DNA of 63,822 nucleotides, counting the filler, from Globobulimina sp. (lineage: Eukaryota): assembly GCA_003354225.1 (NCBI GenBank). It is 39 parts of 39 records of this genome, joined end to end, with 100 filler letters (N's around TTAATTAATTAA, not from the genome) between each part and the next. Parts side by side here need not be neighbours in the genome. Positions count along the whole stretch, not along the records: positions 22,961 to 24,500 come from PIVH01015106.1; positions 24,601 to 26,139 come from PIVH01015107.1; positions 26,240 to 27,778 come from PIVH01015108.1; positions 27,879 to 29,417 come from PIVH01015109.1; positions 29,518 to 31,056 come from PIVH01015110.1; positions 31,157 to 32,695 come from PIVH01015111.1; positions 32,796 to 34,334 come from PIVH01015112.1; positions 34,435 to 35,973 come from PIVH01015113.1; 31 more parts are not named here. One strand, 5' to 3'. The position numbers and the translations under genes are program-made. Positions 22,961-34,819 of the stretch are shown here, in pieces. Below the pieces are notes generated by a model. It was not told the DNA's origin, made no database searches, and worked only from the letters and a program-made list of their open reading frames with translations. Position 1 is the first letter of the stretch; each line of letters opens with the position of its first letter.

Positions 22961-24500
22961 CTTTGGTATATCCACGACAATGGAGAAGATTTAAATGTGT
23001 GCTCATATAACAATTGGATGGTGACACGCATGGCTTTAATGACCATAATGCTCGAACCAATTGGCTCCATATTTAGCTACATGTATGTCTCAAAGAAATG
23101 GCTTGGATTTAAAACCGTATTATTTTATATATTTTGCTTCATTGTGATCCCCTGCGTTGGCAGGAAACTATTCACTGCGTGGACCGACCCTCGATGTGGA
23201 GCCTCAGACAACTTTTGTTGCGCCAAAATCACGGATGACGTTCATATATTATATGCGTATGCACGCGATAGCTTTGGTACATTCAAATGTTGGCATAAAT
23301 ACTATTTCTTCGGAGAATTACAGGAAGAAATCCCGTTATTATTACGTGTAATGTTCCTATTAGGCATTATTTATCCTTATCGCTATTCAAACCCATTGGC
23401 ACCGGGATTGATCAATGCATTCATCATCACACTTTCGTGGTTTTTAGGATATTACAGCGATGCACACGCATCGGTATGGTGTTGGGCTGCTTCTTTGCAA
23501 AGCGTCTATGTCATGTTTTTTGATAACTATCTCTTTCCAACGGGTTATGACCCGAACAAGACACAATTTGCGTATCATGGCATTGCTACTAAACAAGGCA
23601 AGGCGGCGAAGAAAGAATGCATGAAAATATTACAAAATCGATATCATAAATCAAAGATCGCAAAGGATGTATCCGTCATTGTGATTGGATCAGGTATCGG
23701 TGGCTTAGCGACCGCAGCTTTATTGGCACGAAAGGGCCACAAAGTATTAGTTTTGGAGCAACATTACCGTGCCGGTGGCTGCATGCATACCTTTGATGAG
23801 TTTGGCGGTGAGTTTGATAGTGGTATCCATTATGTCGGCTCTATAAAGAGAGTTAAATTATTTTTATCATTTATTACCTGCAATTTAGTGGAATGGTACG
23901 CGATGGGCACCAAAAATGATAATGTTTATGATACCATAGATTTAGATGGTTCTGAGAATATCATTCAATACAGAGGCGGGAGAGAGAAGTTGATGGCGGA
24001 GTTGATCCGCAAATTTCCAGGCTCAAAGCAAAATATTTTAAATTATTTTGCTTTTTTAGGTAAAACTGGTTGGAAGATTACGTATTTATATGTTTTAAGT
24101 AAAATGTTTCCAAATTCTTTTTTGTTTCAAGAAAACAATGTAATGTATAAATCCTTCATTGCGCCCATCATGAAATATTGCCGAATGACCGCCAATGAAG
24201 TGTTGAATGAATATTTTAGCGATCCGAAAATAAAGGCAGTCATTGGTGGGGGCACCTTGATCGATTGGTGTTTGATACCAAGCAAAGCCTCATGGTACGT
24301 GACTGCAGCGATGATGAATTATTATATCGATGGCGGGTATTATCCAAAAGGTGGCAGTAACAATATACCCTTATCCATCATCTCCAGCATTAAGCAGAAT
24401 GGCGGCGATGTATTCTGTCGCGCAAAAGTGAAAGAAATATTAGTTAACAGTAAAAATAATAATGCATATGGCGTATTGATGGAGAATGACGACATTATCA
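22961..24500 (+). CDS. Fusion: multi-TM DUF5765/DUF6629-like domain + retinol saturase/phytoene desaturase-family FAD oxidoreductase (partial at both ends)
   Basis: One intronless ORF. N-half LWY..C..NN...T......LEP ... ASVWCW. C-half VIVIGSGIGGL, VLEQHYRAGGCMHTF, FDSGIHYVG, GGYYPKGGS. Confidence 0.8.
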
Positions 24501-26796
24501 NNNNNNNNNNNNNNNNNNNNNNNNNNNNNNNNNNNNNNNNNNNNTTAATTAATTAANNNNNNNNNNNNNNNNNNNNNNNNNNNNNNNNNNNNNNNNNNNN
24601 GACTATGATGGTAGATACTGTAATATTATTGTAGAATTGCATGAATATGTAATCCCTCCCCTGTCATATCCCTGTTGATGGAATTAAATGCATAAGTTGA
24701 TTGAAAAATGAAAAGTACGGTGTCAGTACGCCGGTGTGCGTGAAAATATAGGAAAAAGTGCGTGCCTATTTGCTTTGATTTTGGAGGGCATATTTAGATG
24801 CAAATAGCGAACGAAATAGAAACTTGCTTGCTGCTGTGTAATAACACACAAAACTAGTTTTACTAGACTATAGAAAGTTGTCAAGCAAGCAAGCGACTAT
24901 ACGATTTTGGCTGCTGTTTGATATTTAGGAAACCTAACTCAATACATTGATCTAATCTATTGGCAGTGTAGTAGGCACAAATAGATGAATGAATGAGCGA
25001 GCCAATAACGCATAAGATCGATAGTAAAGTTTTACCACTAAACAGGTTGCCCTCCACAATAAGAGTCGACGCGTGATGGTTTATAGGCACAGTGCACACA
25101 CAAAAACACCGTCGTTTACTTAACACATTGTTGTTCGATTTGTGTGTACCTATTGGGTGTTTTGCAAGTGATTGATCTATAATGTACTCTGATGATACAA
25201 TACATCATGTGTTTTGTGGGTGGCAATTGGGCGAAAGATCTCCACAGTACGCTGGTAATCCAGGTTTTACACAGTGTTTTGTGATTAGATTACTTGTTGT
25301 GCAGCTAACCTGGTACTTGACACTTGCCCAAAATGATGTTTAATGCCATTTGAAATGATACCTGTACAGGGGGATCTCAAAGTTGGATGTAGTTCTTTCA
25401 CACATGTTATACAGTACTACATACAATACCATACAGTCAATATTCATTTGTGTTAAAAACATTCATTCTGTACATACAACAACAAGAATGGAAGGAACTC
25501 TGGGGTTTTGTTTTTAGTTAGTTTGCACCTCCCAAATGGCTAAAAAGGTATTCAAGCACCCGTAGGGAAAAACATTCATTCAATTGGGGCAAATCCTACT
25601 AAGAAACATTTAATACATGATGGTTTATTGGGAGAGAGTAAGCATCACAACTGGGAATAGTATAAATATAGACTTTTTGAAATCGATTTACTATTCTACC
25701 AGGCTGTAGCAACTAAAAATTCGACCTCTCCTAGTAAAGGGCAATTACTGTATTTGCACATTGTAAATTTTACTGGATACTGTACCTGCTATTACTGACG
25801 ATTTTACACACCACATGTGGGGTTAGAAAAAATTCCAAAATTGCTTGTCGTTGGGTTTTCCTTTCGGATCCCCCAAGCAAAACAATAAATCGTCGAAAAT
25901 TCCGCAAACGATCAATTTGCCCATTTTATCGACATAAAAAATGAAATATTTTATAATCGTCGGCGTTGTCTGCCAGCAGGTTCTCTTACAGACCCTGAGC
26001 ATGGCAACCCGAAAACAATATATCTATGATTTGATTTTGATTGACCACCACATGTGGGCTCCAAACCTCCAAACAAGCTACAGTCTAAACAGATATGATC
26101 GTAACCTCAACATATATGGATTAATGCGAAGTTATTTATNNNNNNNNNNNNNNNNNNNNNNNNNNNNNNNNNNNNNNNNNNNNTTAATTAATTAANNNNN
26201 NNNNNNNNNNNNNNNNNNNNNNNNNNNNNNNNNNNNNNNGTAATGCTGATATCGCATTGGGAATAAGCAGCAACAGTGAATAATACGAATGCATACGAGA
26301 TAAAATCCATGATCGACTGAGGAGGGATTATTTGGTTAGTGAAAAAGTTGAAGTTTTTTTATGGCAAATGAAAGTGTCAGCAAACAAGGATTTTCTTCAT
26401 CACTTTCTTGATGAGTTTGGGGATGTAATTAATGGCCAAATAGCCGACCACTAAGATCAATATCGGCGACACCATCAAAGGCAACAAAATGTTTTGGACG
26501 CTCGGCTGTTTCATGCGATCACGTCGTCCAAGGTGGCGGCAGCAATTATTAACTGTCCAGTGGGCGTATTCAATATTTTCGCCTTCTTCAACACATTAGG
26601 CCTCTCCGATAAGTACTGATTTTTTTAAACCGCTGTCAAACAGCTCTTAAATTTTCAATCAGTTCGATAAGTCCATAAATTTTGCAAAATGTAAAAGACA
26701 CAAATATATTACACAAACACATAAAAATGTTAACATTTTTTGATTAACACACACAAAACACACAGACAAGAAAATCGATCACAATAAATGACAATT

Positions 26797-27356
26797 TTCC
26801 TTGTGCAGTAATCTTCCCATCTTTTATTTATAAATTTGTATAAATCCTTTGCGCCGTGATGATTAATTGAATGTAGATTGATTTTATGATTTTTATGATT
26901 ATTATTTGGTATTAAAGCAAAATGCGAACATTCGCCTTTGTCATAAACAACGCCATTACCCGTTGTACCAAATGTTTCAATGGCAAATAATTCATTTTCT
27001 AACGCGCATCGCATTCGTGGCGGCGCGCACTGCCTCCATTAAAGAGTCGTGTCGCTCCGAAAAGGACATTGACTCCAAAATCAATTTTGCATAAATCAGA
27101 TGCACATAATCGCCGTTTGTCTGTTTTTCTTTGTCGCCCGTGTTTGGAGTGTAATGCGCCGGTCGGAAACACCCAGCCTCTCTCATACGGCGATGGCGCT
27201 TTTAAAGCGCCGAGCTTCTTTCTACAAACTCGCATATTTCACTCATCTGCAAACCTTGTTTGATAAAACGTTGCGCGGCTTGCCTTACTTGGCGGTGCTC
27301 ATCCGATGCTCAAATATCGATTCATTTTCAATTGCTTTCTTTTCACTAGATTCCAT
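26797..27356 (-). pseudogene. METAP2: Methionine aminopeptidase 2 relic with several internal deletions
   Basis: Fragments in changing frames: [57 protein letters not shown]. Confidence 0.85.
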
Positions 27357-27593
27357 GCCTTATTATTGATTGCGATCAATATTATCACATTGACTATGTC
27401 CAACTAACAAATTTTCGAGACCGTTACATTTAATGTCTACTTATGTCTAAGGGATTGCTTGCCAGCAGCGTGGATTAATAAATAGTCCTCACTCTATTGT
27501 CTCTACTGTCTCTCCATATGGTTTATAATCCATTTGCAAAATAAACCTCCACATAGAAAATCGAAAATGGCAAATGCTACAAATAAGAAAAAT

Positions 27594-27674
27594 ATCCACC
27601 TAGCTCAATTGGCAGAGCATTGGTTCGAATGGATTGCAAACCAAATGGATGTAGGTTCAAATCCTACGGTGATG
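27594..27674 (+). ncRNA. tRNA-like element (pseudo-tRNA or SINE head)
   Basis: A box TAGCTCAATTGG, D stem GCTC/GAGC, T arm GTAGG-TTCAAAT-CCTAC and partial acceptor CACC/GGTG. The anticodon arm is enlarged (TTGGTT..13 nt..AACCAA) and contains TTGCAAA. Confidence 0.6.
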
Positions 27675-28521
27675 AGATGCAATGGATATGGATGAATGGA
27701 TTATAATTATTATTTGATTAAAAGAGCCTCTGCTATGACACGCAAGCTCAGAATATTAAAAAGCAAATGCCGTCACATNNNNNNNNNNNNNNNNNNNNNN
27801 NNNNNNNNNNNNNNNNNNNNNNTTAATTAATTAANNNNNNNNNNNNNNNNNNNNNNNNNNNNNNNNNNNNNNNNNNNNAAAGATCTGAGTCTCTCCAATT
27901 TGCACGACACGAAGCTGAGCAAAGCCATTATTATCCATACGCCCACCAACTCTCTGCTGTCGTTGAACTGAGTGGAATGCATTCGTTTGTGATTACTGAT
28001 GCTTGGATGTCAACAGTTTGACCATTTGTTTCCTTACAACCATTATAATTATATACTGTAATGAGGCATAATCACAATTTTCTGTTGCATTGCAATAATA
28101 TGTTGCTTTATCATTTGAAAGTGAATACTTATTTACATCAAATGATGAATAATATATTTCTAATAAATGATCCACCGGATGCTGTTAACATACATACATC
28201 CAATGGAAATATTGCAAAATCCTCATCATCACCTCCGTAAATTCCTTTACATTCTGATTCACATTTTCCTTGAAAAAATAAAAGGGAAAATGCTACAACT
28301 ATAACGAGTGCCATGTTTGTTTACAACAGGAGTCCTCAGTTCAACAGGAGATGTAGTAAATTATCACATTTTCAAAACTCACTTTCCACTAAAAACTTTT
28401 TTAATGCTTACAAATGTTGTTATACTACAAACCAAAAGTGTTCTAATGGCTAGTGGACAAACCACTAGCTCTATATGTACGTATACGTACTACAAAATTA
28501 TATAAATTTTATTAATATAAG

Positions 28522-29337
28522 TCAAATTTCATTTTGATCTTCGTTCTCTTGGGAATCATCACCATTTGACACTGCAGCATATCCTTTTGAACCAAAGACA
28601 CATTTAAAACAACAAACATCACATCTTTTACAAAGTGATTGATATAATTTTGTTTGTTGCTCAAACATTAAAAATAAACAAATATCATCAGATATAATAT
28701 CAATTGGCGCCATCACCCATTTCAATGAGGATCCCATCACTATCATAATTGCAAAAAACCAAAATATCAAACAAGCCATCACCAATAATACAACACCTTT
28801 TATTTCATTGCCATTGTTTTGTCTTTTTTTTATTGCTCTAATTCTTTTTACATAAAAATAAAGCAACACAACAAAATATGCCATATCAATTAAAACAATG
28901 ACAAGGGCAAAATACAGAGAATAATGTGCACCATAATGACCCATCAAGAGTCCTAAATGAATATTATGTTTTGGTGTAACACCAATTTCTTTTAATTCAT
29001 CTTCTAAAACATCATCAGTTAGGAAAGCAATCATAAAACAGAATAATAAAAAACAAGCAACAATCATCCAGATTTTTAAATATTTTTTGCTTCGATTTGA
29101 ATCAAATACAGAAAGGACATAATAAGTGAAACTACAATAAAATGAAATTTTACCTAAAACAAAAAATATATTTTCAATGGAATCGATTGATGATACAAAG
29201 GACAAATGTTTAGCAGAAAATGTCCACGCAAATAATAAGTCATTGTCAAATACCAATAATAATAAATATACACATATTGACCACATAACAGATGCTATTA
29301 GACATTGTGCATTTAAGTGAATTGAAAGTAAAATCAC
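28522..29337 (-). CDS. Divergent 7TM/GPCR-like protein
   Basis: Six to seven TM helices, TM5 'IDMAYFVVLLYFYVKRI', TM7 'IDIISDDICLFLMF' and a Cys-rich helix 8 'YQSLCKRCD'. Confidence 0.65.
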   Translation of the reverse strand: MILLSIHLNAQCLIASVMWSICVYLLLLVFDNDLLFAWTFSAKHLSFVSSIDSIENIFFVLGKISFYCSFTYYVLSVFDSNRSKKYLKIWMIVACFLLFCFMIAFLTDDVLEDELKEIGVTPKHNIHLGLLMGHYGAHYSLYFALVIVLIDMAYFVVLLYFYVKRIRAIKKRQNNGNEIKGVVLLVMACLIFWFFAIMIVMGSSLKWVMAPIDIISDDICLFLMFEQQTKLYQSLCKRCDVCCFKCVFGSKGYAAVSNGDDSQENEDQNEI

Positions 29338-29517
29338 TAATTCGATTAGTTTTCAGTACATTTCACTCGTCAACTTCACAATGGCAACTCCGCCAAATCA
29401 ACAAGGCCCACGGGATCNNNNNNNNNNNNNNNNNNNNNNNNNNNNNNNNNNNNNNNNNNNNTTAATTAATTAANNNNNNNNNNNNNNNNNNNNNNNNNNN
29501 NNNNNNNNNNNNNNNNN

Positions 29518-30973
29518 TATATATCCTGTAATGAACATAAAAAATAGCGAATATCTCCTTTGATCATTGATATCTCCGCTAATAAAGGATATATATGACC
29601 CATTAACTATATTTAATTCATTTTACAAAGTTAACATATATATGTTTGTATATATGGAAAAACAGTTAACTTCATCATCGCAGTTACTTCTACCAAAGAA
29701 ATCTTTGACAAATATAGCATTTGGTTCCTGTTTATGCAGCACCACCGGCGAGTTATCCACCATAACCACCCTCGATAAGTCACATCCAAATAAAGTCAAA
29801 TCTTTATGGTGATAGGGTTTATTATGTAAATCATATTTCAATGTACAATCCCTTCTGTACAACACATCAGTCCATAGCCGGAAATCGCGTTCATTTTCTC
29901 GCCCCAATCGCGTCTTGACATATTCAAGCAACGTTGCCAGCAATCCTTTGTATACACATTGTTTAGCAGCGGTATATATCACCACATCAAAGTCTTCATT
30001 CACAAAATCTAAAAATTCATCCAAATTCGGCCGCAATCGAATCAGGAAACCTTCATAAATAAAATCAACTGGCAACAAACCAGGGCGATTTAACATTGGT
30101 TCTAACTTTGATAAATGCGGATTGTAGCGAGTGAAATCAATCTTTATTTCTTCAATGCTCGGTCTGTTAATGTCAACGGCGTCAGGTTCAACAGAGCTCA
30201 TTTTCCGTTCAAGATCCTCGATTGTGTGATCTACCGATATCTTACAGCCAGTTACTTGGGTTTTGCACACTTTGCATGGAATTTTTATTTTAATGTCGGG
30301 GTTCATTGGATGCGACATTTCATAGAAAAATATCTCGTCTTTTTTCTTATATTTTCGGAGCTCGATATTGTTGTTGATCCATATGGAATGTTTTATAATT
30401 TCGGTGCCTAACACATCGATGATTTGGTTGTTGGTTATGTTGAGAGTCAAGGTTTGTTGTAATTGCAGTACCTTTGCGTTGTTACGTGGTACAGCACTGG
30501 AACTGAAATAGGTGCATATATCTCCAATTCGCATCTCGTCGCAAAAGAAGCGAGCATATATCATGGTATTATCCACATCAATCACCAATAATGGTTTAGT
30601 GCCATTGTGCGATCTGCAGAATCTTTGGAATCTTTTTTGTTTTTGCACGTTTAACGAGTCTTGTTGGTGTAAGATTTGCTGAATGTTGCTATGATTGAAT
30701 TTGAGTAATTGATGGTGCTGTTTTGTTTGTAACTCATTTAAATATTCTTGTCCATGGAATTTGCGTTGTAAATATTTTAGTTCATATTTAATGTATGTAA
30801 AATCACCATCGTATAATTGTTGGAGGGAATTGTCACTTAAATCTATATAATATGTGTTATTTTTGTTATTTGTGGTATATCCGTGAATATAGTGTTTTTA
30901 AGAGGCATATGAATATTGTGTGGTTGTACTTACAGTGTATTGCTTTGCCTGTGTAGCTATTCTTGCGTTTCAT
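29518..30973 (-). CDS. FCP1/SCP (NIF, CTDSP-like) HAD phosphatase with large insert
   Basis: LVIDVDNT (DxDxT), LRPNLDEFL, VIYTAA, KDL, VVMVDNSP. First exon 30973-30934, intron 30933-30843, and another intron after DDE. Confidence 0.88.
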
Positions 30974-31170
30974 GTTCTTTACTTTTAAATTTCCATTTTA
31001 CTTTGTTTTTTTAAGTGCAAAAAAGTGTTTTTTTTTATCCATTTTTCAAAAACGGANNNNNNNNNNNNNNNNNNNNNNNNNNNNNNNNNNNNNNNNNNNN
31101 TTAATTAATTAANNNNNNNNNNNNNNNNNNNNNNNNNNNNNNNNNNNNNNNNNNNNCCTTCGTGACATTG

Positions 31171-32184
31171 ATGTCATTAAACAATGCATTCCCCACTGTT
31201 TTTATTGTATTACTATACATTGTAGTTAATGGTCACGAGCCAGTCACTCAGCCAGATGATCATAAACCTCATTGGGACTATACAGGAAACAATGGAAATT
31301 TTGATCCATTACATTGGGATGATGTAAGTAAATATTGTAATAATAAAATCTATATGCAATCGCCAATAAATATTGACACAGAACGTTTAGTCCGTACACC
31401 AAAAGGTCTTGAATGTGACCCATTGCATCAGTTAGATATACATTTTGTAAATGGTTGTGACGGAACTATTGACGGTTTGGCTAAAAACAATGGACATTCT
31501 TTGGTCATTACGCCGGTGCAGTATTTCCCGCAAAAACAAGGTTTTGTCAAATTAAATCAAGAGAACAATGTGGTTATGGAATTAAGTAATTTTTGGAATT
31601 ATAATTTCCATATAGCTGCAAATCAATATTATTGTTTCGATTCATTCCATTTCCATTGGGGCCGAGTTAATAATGGCAAAGGCTCTGAACATACAATCAA
31701 CGGCAAACAGTATCCATTGGAGGCACATTTTGTTCATTATAGCTGTGATTATAACAATATCGGTGAGGCATTGTCCCAATGGCGATTGGGTGGCAATGTT
31801 GGAGTTGGAGCAGATAAAAAAGACATTTTCGTTCTTGGTGTTGTTGGCGTTTTCTTTCGTATCGGTGCAGAAAATCCAAGCTTAGGGCGGATATTTGATA
31901 GATATCAAAAATTGAAAACGCTGAATGCTGAGGAATTGATTCGAGATATAAATTTAGAAGAATTATTGCCTCAAAATAAAGCATATTACACTTATGAAGG
32001 GTCCTTGACGACGCCGCCGTGTTTTCCTGTGGTAAAATGGCATATTATGAAGGAGACAATGGAAGTGTCGCAAGGACAAATGGCAAATTTACAACAATTG
32101 ATGAATAGTAATGGGAGACCGGAAGGTGATAATTTTAGAGCTGTTGAAACAAATCCAAATCCTGTGTACGATTGTGATGAATGA
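31171..32184 (+). CDS. Secreted alpha-carbonic anhydrase
   Basis: Signal peptide, HWDY, QSPINI, NNGHS, FHFHWG, GSEH, EAHFVH and YEGSLTTPPC. All three Zn-binding His are present. Confidence 0.95.
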   Translation: MSLNNAFPTVFIVLLYIVVNGHEPVTQPDDHKPHWDYTGNNGNFDPLHWDDVSKYCNNKIYMQSPINIDTERLVRTPKGLECDPLHQLDIHFVNGCDGTIDGLAKNNGHSLVITPVQYFPQKQGFVKLNQENNVVMELSNFWNYNFHIAANQYYCFDSFHFHWGRVNNGKGSEHTINGKQYPLEAHFVHYSCDYNNIGEALSQWRLGGNVGVGADKKDIFVLGVVGVFFRIGAENPSLGRIFDRYQKLKTLNAEELIRDINLEELLPQNKAYYTYEGSLTTPPCFPVVKWHIMKETMEVSQGQMANLQQLMNSNGRPEGDNFRAVETNPNPVYDCDE

Positions 32185-32795
32185 CATTCGTTTTTTTCTT
32201 GTTAATTTTGATTTTTTTTTACCTAAAAAGTGTAAGATAAATCACAAAGTTACGCCTTAAGCATTGTAGCTATGTTAACGTAGTTCTTCCTCGCAAAAGA
32301 AAAGTAATTCTTTATTTAGGGTGCCAAAATGGCTCAAGAAACAAAAGCTGAGCGTCAAAACTTTAATCATATTTCCTATCATGGCTCCCAGTCTCAAGCT
32401 AAAGCTACAGGTTACGTTCCGTGTTCTGTATGAATTTATTTTGGCGGTTTAATTCAACTGTACCTCATACAAAATATACACGAGCACCATCGCCACCATT
32501 CGCCACCATCTATCAACAATGAACAACAATTAACAATTTATAACATCAACGTTGTACAATTACCAATATCAACAATTGTACAAATTAACAATAATCCATC
32601 AATTAAAAACTGTGCCCAATTGCTAATTGTTAGCAACTGGCTCAATGTCTTTTGACTCTCTTTGGTATGATACTGCTCAGTTTCATGGCGTAGTGNNNNN
32701 NNNNNNNNNNNNNNNNNNNNNNNNNNNNNNNNNNNNNNNTTAATTAATTAANNNNNNNNNNNNNNNNNNNNNNNNNNNNNNNNNNNNNNNNNNNN

Positions 32796-33788
32796 ATTTG
32801 TACTCAGTCCATTTTATATCTCCAACAGCATCGCCAACAGTATCACCATCATCGAACCAATGCAGATTTAATTTCGCATCATGTACATCGCCGTCCCATT
32901 CGAATATTAAATCCTGTGCATTATGATTGTTCTCCTTGTACCGTTTAAAGAATTCGCAGCCTGGATATGGGATGGAAGAAATGTTGAACTCTCGGTATCG
33001 CTGCTCACGGTCCACCTTTTCTGAACTGGTCACTGTCAACGCATAGCGCCCCCAACCTATTTTTTTCTTGTCCTCCACCATCAAGTCAATGATGAATTTT
33101 ATATTGAAATATTGTAACAGTTTTATATCCGCTGCGCGCAACGCATTTAAATCGTGGCCCATTGGCGATTCCATAGTGTTGGGACAGTAATTTCTGAGAA
33201 CATTAACAGGAAAAACAAAGTATTAATACGCAAAATCGCAAGAGAGAATGAAGGGTTTTAGCTGTTACATAACAAGGCTTCGGAGACCACAGTAGTCGCT
33301 TTGTTGAGCAATAACTCGCCCGTCGTGGATAAGGTGGAGGAGCGGGCAATGCAGCAATGGTTTGGGAGGAAAATGACCGGCACAACAAATCTGCGATGGA
33401 CTCGTGCGTAACGTGCACGTTCTAATAAGCGGCACAGATAGTCGTAGTTGTGGTGGTTTTCTGCAGTTTTGTTGTCTTTTTGTATGTGTTTTATGAATGA
33501 TTTTTGTAGGATAAATTTAGACGGATAGGAATCGCATAGTTCTTGTTGGCCGTAGTTATCAACGATGATGATATCAGCATCGCGCGAGAATAGCTGCTTG
33601 CAAAAGTTGAAGGATTTGTCGAGGAATCTATTGTCGCGCAGTGCGCCCGCCGCTTTGTGCGAGGCAAAGAAATATAATAAGTCTTCACAACGGGTGGTCC
33701 ATTCAATGAATGGCATTTGTTTGGTTGTTGTTGGTGGATCGTTTTCGATAACTCGTGAGACAAATTCTTTGCTTTCCTCGCATGTCAT
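32796..33788 (-). CDS. MTMR14: Myotubularin-related protein 14 (Jumpy), N-terminal part, two exons
   Basis: LCDSYP, RRFVVPVI, RSSTLS, DLMVEDKK, VTSSEKVD..QRY and IPYPGCEFF. Confidence 0.88.
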
Positions 33789-33889
33789 ATTCAAGTGAAT
33801 ATATTAGTGTCGGATGTTCATGCAACCAGTGAGTATGTACTGGAGTAGAAAAAACAATTTGAGTGTGATATATATTTAACTAATCTTGG

Positions 33890-34334
33890 ATGGCAGCTCT
33901 CGAGGAACCAGAAGCAGAAGTTGCAGAACCAGAATCAGAGCCAGTTGGGAATAATAAAAACCAAGCCGATGAAGCAAAAACAGACGAACAAAAAGCGAAA
34001 AAGGACGAACCAGAGCCAGTACCAGTACCTGAAAAAGAAGAGGATGAACTTAAGAGTGATGAAAAAGAAATAGATGATAAAAAATGTGTCGATTTCAGTG
34101 GTATTTGGGAACTTAAAACAAATGACAATTTAGATAATTTTATGAAAGCTCAAGGCATTGGATATTTTAAAAGAAAATTGATGTCGATTGCATCAATCAC
34201 ATTGACTATTGAGCATAAAGGAGATGTATTAAAAGTAAAAGCCAAACTTCCCATTGGCGCAATAAATGAAGAGATACCTTTGGATGGCTCGGAAAAAGAG
34301 ACAACAAATCCAATGGGACAAAAAATTAAAATGA
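33890..34334 (+). CDS. Acidic N-terminal extension plus FABP-type lipid-binding domain, 3' partial
   Basis: 'DFSGIWELKTNDNLDNFMKAQGIGYFKRKL' matches the FABP signature GxWxL..NFD.FMKA.G. Confidence 0.75.
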
Positions 34335-34819
34335 NNNNNNNNNNNNNNNNNNNNNNNNNNNNNNNNNNNNNNNNNNNNTTAATTAATTAANNNNNNNNNN
34401 NNNNNNNNNNNNNNNNNNNNNNNNNNNNNNNNNNTACTAATTCATCGGATGTTAGCCATTGATAGATGTGACTTAATAAATCGTCTGAACCAATTACTCG
34501 GCTCTTGTTACTGCAGGAACTCATTGATAGAATGTGTAAGATCATAATAATAATAATACATTTGGTTGACATTGAATTGAATGAGGTATAGGTACCAACT
34601 TTTAATGTTTGTTTCTGTTGAAAAAGGCAGTGCGAATTTGCATGGTAAAATGATTTAATGTGTGACAGCTGCGCACATTGACCAAGATAACTGAAGTACA
34701 GTAGCGTAAAAAAAGTGCTTATGGAACATTAAATACAATCGTTGCGATAATAATACAAGGAAAAAGAAAGAAACAATTTACAACACAAAAAAAAAAACTC
34801 TTTAATTCAGTCACTTCAG

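Noticed and set aside
24601-26139. Contig without a convincing ORF, with Cys-rich fragments and a repeated accacatgtggg
   Set aside because: No recognisable domain or termini; possibly a decayed element but not supportable.
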